Assembly: GCA_010093705.1 (NCBI GenBank) | Contig: MU006091.1 | Location: 124,001 to 188,000, forward strand | Direction of reading: 5' to 3' | DNA from: Patellaria atrata CBS 101060 | Taxonomy: Eukaryota | DNA: 64,000 bases | In this document: positions 61,340 to 64,000 of the stretch, piece by piece | How the letters are laid out: each line of letters opens with the position of its first letter | Numbering within the stretch: the stretch's first letter is position 1 | Notes under the pieces: model-generated | What the model was told of the DNA's origin: nothing | Databases searched by the model: none | Seen by the model: only the letters and a program-made list of their open reading frames with translations | Translations under genes and position numbers: made by a program

Positions 61340-62269
61340 CTACGCCTTTTCCCCTTGAATTGTAGCCACCACTTTTCTGGAATGACTTCGTGCCCTAAAC
61401 TCCAGATACCAGACACCCTGCCACGTCCCTGTCGCTATATTTCCGTCCTTGATTGGAATAGTGACACTAGCTCCTATAAGTGCGGACTTAACGTGCGCCT
61501 ACAAATTTGCGATGTCAGTGATTTTTTTTTCTGCCTAACGAGCTCTTATCCCTTTCCCGTCATGGCATTCCCCGCGTACTCTACGTTGGACTCAAGGTGG
61601 TCTGCAGCTCTTCTATATGGGAAGGTTAAATGGACGTGGAACGCTCACCACCCATACGTAGGAGTAGGTCATACAGAAAACAGAGGCGCTTATGACTGGA
61701 GATTTACAGTCCGCTAGCTGTTGTTCTGCGAATGTATAGAGGCTGAATCATGGCCAATCGCAACGGAAACATTCACTCACCGGCATATCATCATCCCCTT
61801 CGGCACTGTGTCTGTACAGCCCCTCCCGTCCATTTTTATCACTCGGAACTATCCTGTCCAGCGTATCACTCATATCCGCTCTAACGTCCTCATCCCAGTT
61901 TTCATTTAGACTGAGGGCTGCGCTCGTGTGTTGCATGAAGAGGTTCAGCAGCCCAACCTTGTATTGTCTGATCTCTGGCAGCTGGGATATAATGGTATCG
62001 GTGATGAGGTACGAGCCGCGAGCTTTAGAAGGAAGTTGGATAGTCTTCTGTGTCCAGGACATGGTTGGCTTATTGTACGATTTCGATGGGCTAGTTGGAA
62101 CGCAAGGTGGGGGATGATTAGAGGTGTCGGTTGAACGAGGCAGGAGGCGGAGTGGAAGATGAAGGATTCCAATAAAGAGATTAGGAAAGAAAGCTAAGGT
62201 AAGAATTAGAAATAAAAGAAAGGTATGGTTTGCGGACACCAATGAGGTTCGTTGTCTCTGTTGCTGCAT
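61340..62269 (-). CDS. yjbQ: YjbQ/UPF0047 family protein; intron 61499-61780 (start may be the internal MSWTQK)
   Basis: RGSYLITD, QHTSAALSLNEN.D.DVR.D, YRHSAEGDDDMP/AHVKSALIG, GTWQGVWYLEFR. Confidence 0.88.
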
Positions 62270-62974
62270 ATGGTTGTGGAGTTAATACAGTTCGAATTGC
62301 TCTGATGTATCTTTTGTGGACGAGCGGGAAGTGAGATGATGTCATTGGTGGATGAGATACAGAGTGTATTCCCTCCCCTGTTACGATTTGCTGTACTCTA
62401 AAAACCGAACAGTAAGGCTAAAAGATAATCGTTATGTACATAGTATAGTAAAGTTGGTTTATATAAGTACTGTTGTAAATTCACAGTACGTTTCCACTTT
62501 TACCTCTATAATGGACTCAAGCAATTCTCATGCGTAACTTCCCTGACATGTAGTTTTATTGGCAGAGTGGCAGTGAACGTAGAAAGCACGTGTGAAGAAG
62601 GATATGCCTGATTTAATTCTTATACTATGCACATGATATCTCTGGGGGTCTGATTGCAGTTACCATGTCATCCTAAATTCCTCTCGCACACGCAAACAAA
62701 GGATCAAAAAGCCAGCCCAAGAGGAAGGAAAGAACTACATGAGGATTTCAGATAAAACTCGAACCCCCAGCTGTGCTTCCACTAAAGCCCAAGTTGTTCC
62801 CATCGGAGCGTTCCATTATCCCCGGAACGAGATTAGATCATTCGAATTAACAGGACTTCGAGATGATGCGAGGAAGTGTATGAAATGAATTGCAGTGCAT
62901 GTCTGCTTGATGACGTCAGCGTTGTTACTGAATTTAGGGTAGTAGAGCACGCACGTTAGGGACTGTTCTTGTCC

Positions 62975-63679
62975 TTAAGATGGTTTCTCACGGATGAAAT
63001 AAAGATAGTTGTTCTTCTCGGGATGAACCGCCCATCGCCCTGGTCGACAGACTTTCTCGATCGTCTTGAAATTGCGAAGAACATGAGATCCGTCCAGTTC
63101 AACTACCCAGAACTGCTGGTCGTCTGTGGGATCTTTCGGTACCAGCTCATTGAACTCATACACACCGGTAGCAGTAGCTATCTTCCTGTTGTCCTCTTGC
63201 ACCTCAGCCTTAGAACGTCCATACCAGTGATTGTGCTTCGTATCACCGCTAGGGTTGATTGCTGGCGCGAATGTGGGAGGATATCCGTAGAGGTACCCAT
63301 GCGGACCTGTGCCTGGATACTGCGGAGCGGCAACAGTTGGAGTGTGGGGTTGTGGAGCTTGTTGCGCAAACGGCGCCCAGTATCCTGGTGACTGTGGCTG
63401 ATAGTAAGCATATGGGTTGACGGGAGGCCAATAACAGTAAGGATTTGGGGGCTGAGCAAAGTGAGAAGGTGATGGATGATATTGGAAGGTGAAAGGTTGG
63501 TTTTCAGCAGCTGCTGCGCTTTGATAGCAGCCTTGAGCAGCAGCACTCTGAGTATCAGCTGGCGGTCGCGCGTCTGGAGGCGGCGGTCCAGCTTCTGCAG
63601 CGGCAGCGGCTTGTTGCTCAGAGTGTTGAGCTGCTCGCGATTGCTGATCAATGATCCATTCCCCGTAAGTTGGCATCAT
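62975..63679 (-). CDS. Hypothetical protein: Pro/Gln/Tyr-rich N-half and a globular C-terminal domain
   Basis: 234-aa ORF; WYGRSKAEVQEDN...PKDPTDDQQFWVVELDG...PGRW resembles a domain seen in fungal hypothetical proteins. Confidence 0.65.
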   Translation of the reverse strand: MMPTYGEWIIDQQSRAAQHSEQQAAAAAEAGPPPPDARPPADTQSAAAQGCYQSAAAAENQPFTFQYHPSPSHFAQPPNPYCYWPPVNPYAYYQPQSPGYWAPFAQQAPQPHTPTVAAPQYPGTGPHGYLYGYPPTFAPAINPSGDTKHNHWYGRSKAEVQEDNRKIATATGVYEFNELVPKDPTDDQQFWVVELDGSHVLRNFKTIEKVCRPGRWAVHPEKNNYLYFIREKPS

Positions 63680-64000
63680 GCATTCGGAGTATTGATGTAA
63701 AGGTGGGTTGCGCGATGTGCTGTCAATTTAAGATGATGAAGTGTGGGTTTGATGCGAGTTCGTTGACGGAGGCGGGTGGAAAACGAGATATCTTAGTAAT
63801 TAATGGGAGGAGTGTGGCACCAGACGGGAGTAGGTCGTGTGATGCGTATGTCAAATGAAAGTGGAAGGTGGCAAGCGAGAATAGGAAAAGAAAGGTAGGT
63901 ACCTTAATGACATCGTAAAGGTGATAGAATTACGCTGAAGAGAAAACGTCCCAAACATACCTCAGGTTCAGGATAATGGTATACGATTCTACGCTTCACC

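Noticed and set aside
61499..61780. TPP riboswitch in the yjbQ intron
   Set aside because: Conserved CTGAGA and CCTGAT/GATAAT core elements not found on the sense strand

Overview
Fungal (filamentous ascomycete) genomic DNA: intron-containing genes with GT..AG introns and CTRAC branch points. Conserved housekeeping blocks (GluRS, MRPL1, COG2; then a ComA-like gene, a large RasGAP/VPS9-like protein, PPX1, CipC, SYG1, SurE, hexokinase, CDC23, ERG20, an MPP6-like gene, NDUFS6 and YjbQ) flank a gene-poor accessory stretch (about 11-27 kb). That stretch holds small Cys-rich genes, an amidase pseudogene and a complete 3450-bp hAT DNA transposon (11054-14503; 13-bp TIRs, perfect 8-bp TSD AGGTGCGG, intact 700-aa transposase). 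The most striking feature is inside the transposon. It carries a second, convergent gene for a small six-cysteine DUF3716-like protein. It is also marked from end to end by 21 perfect copies of the CpG palindrome CGTACG (mostly YCGTACGR) at about 100-190 bp intervals, running through both ORFs and all three codon phases of the transposase. I propose this is a candidate self-recognition or anti-silencing system in which the cargo protein binds a lattice of sites on its own element; that function is inference. All family calls come from recognising motifs by eye; no database searches were run.
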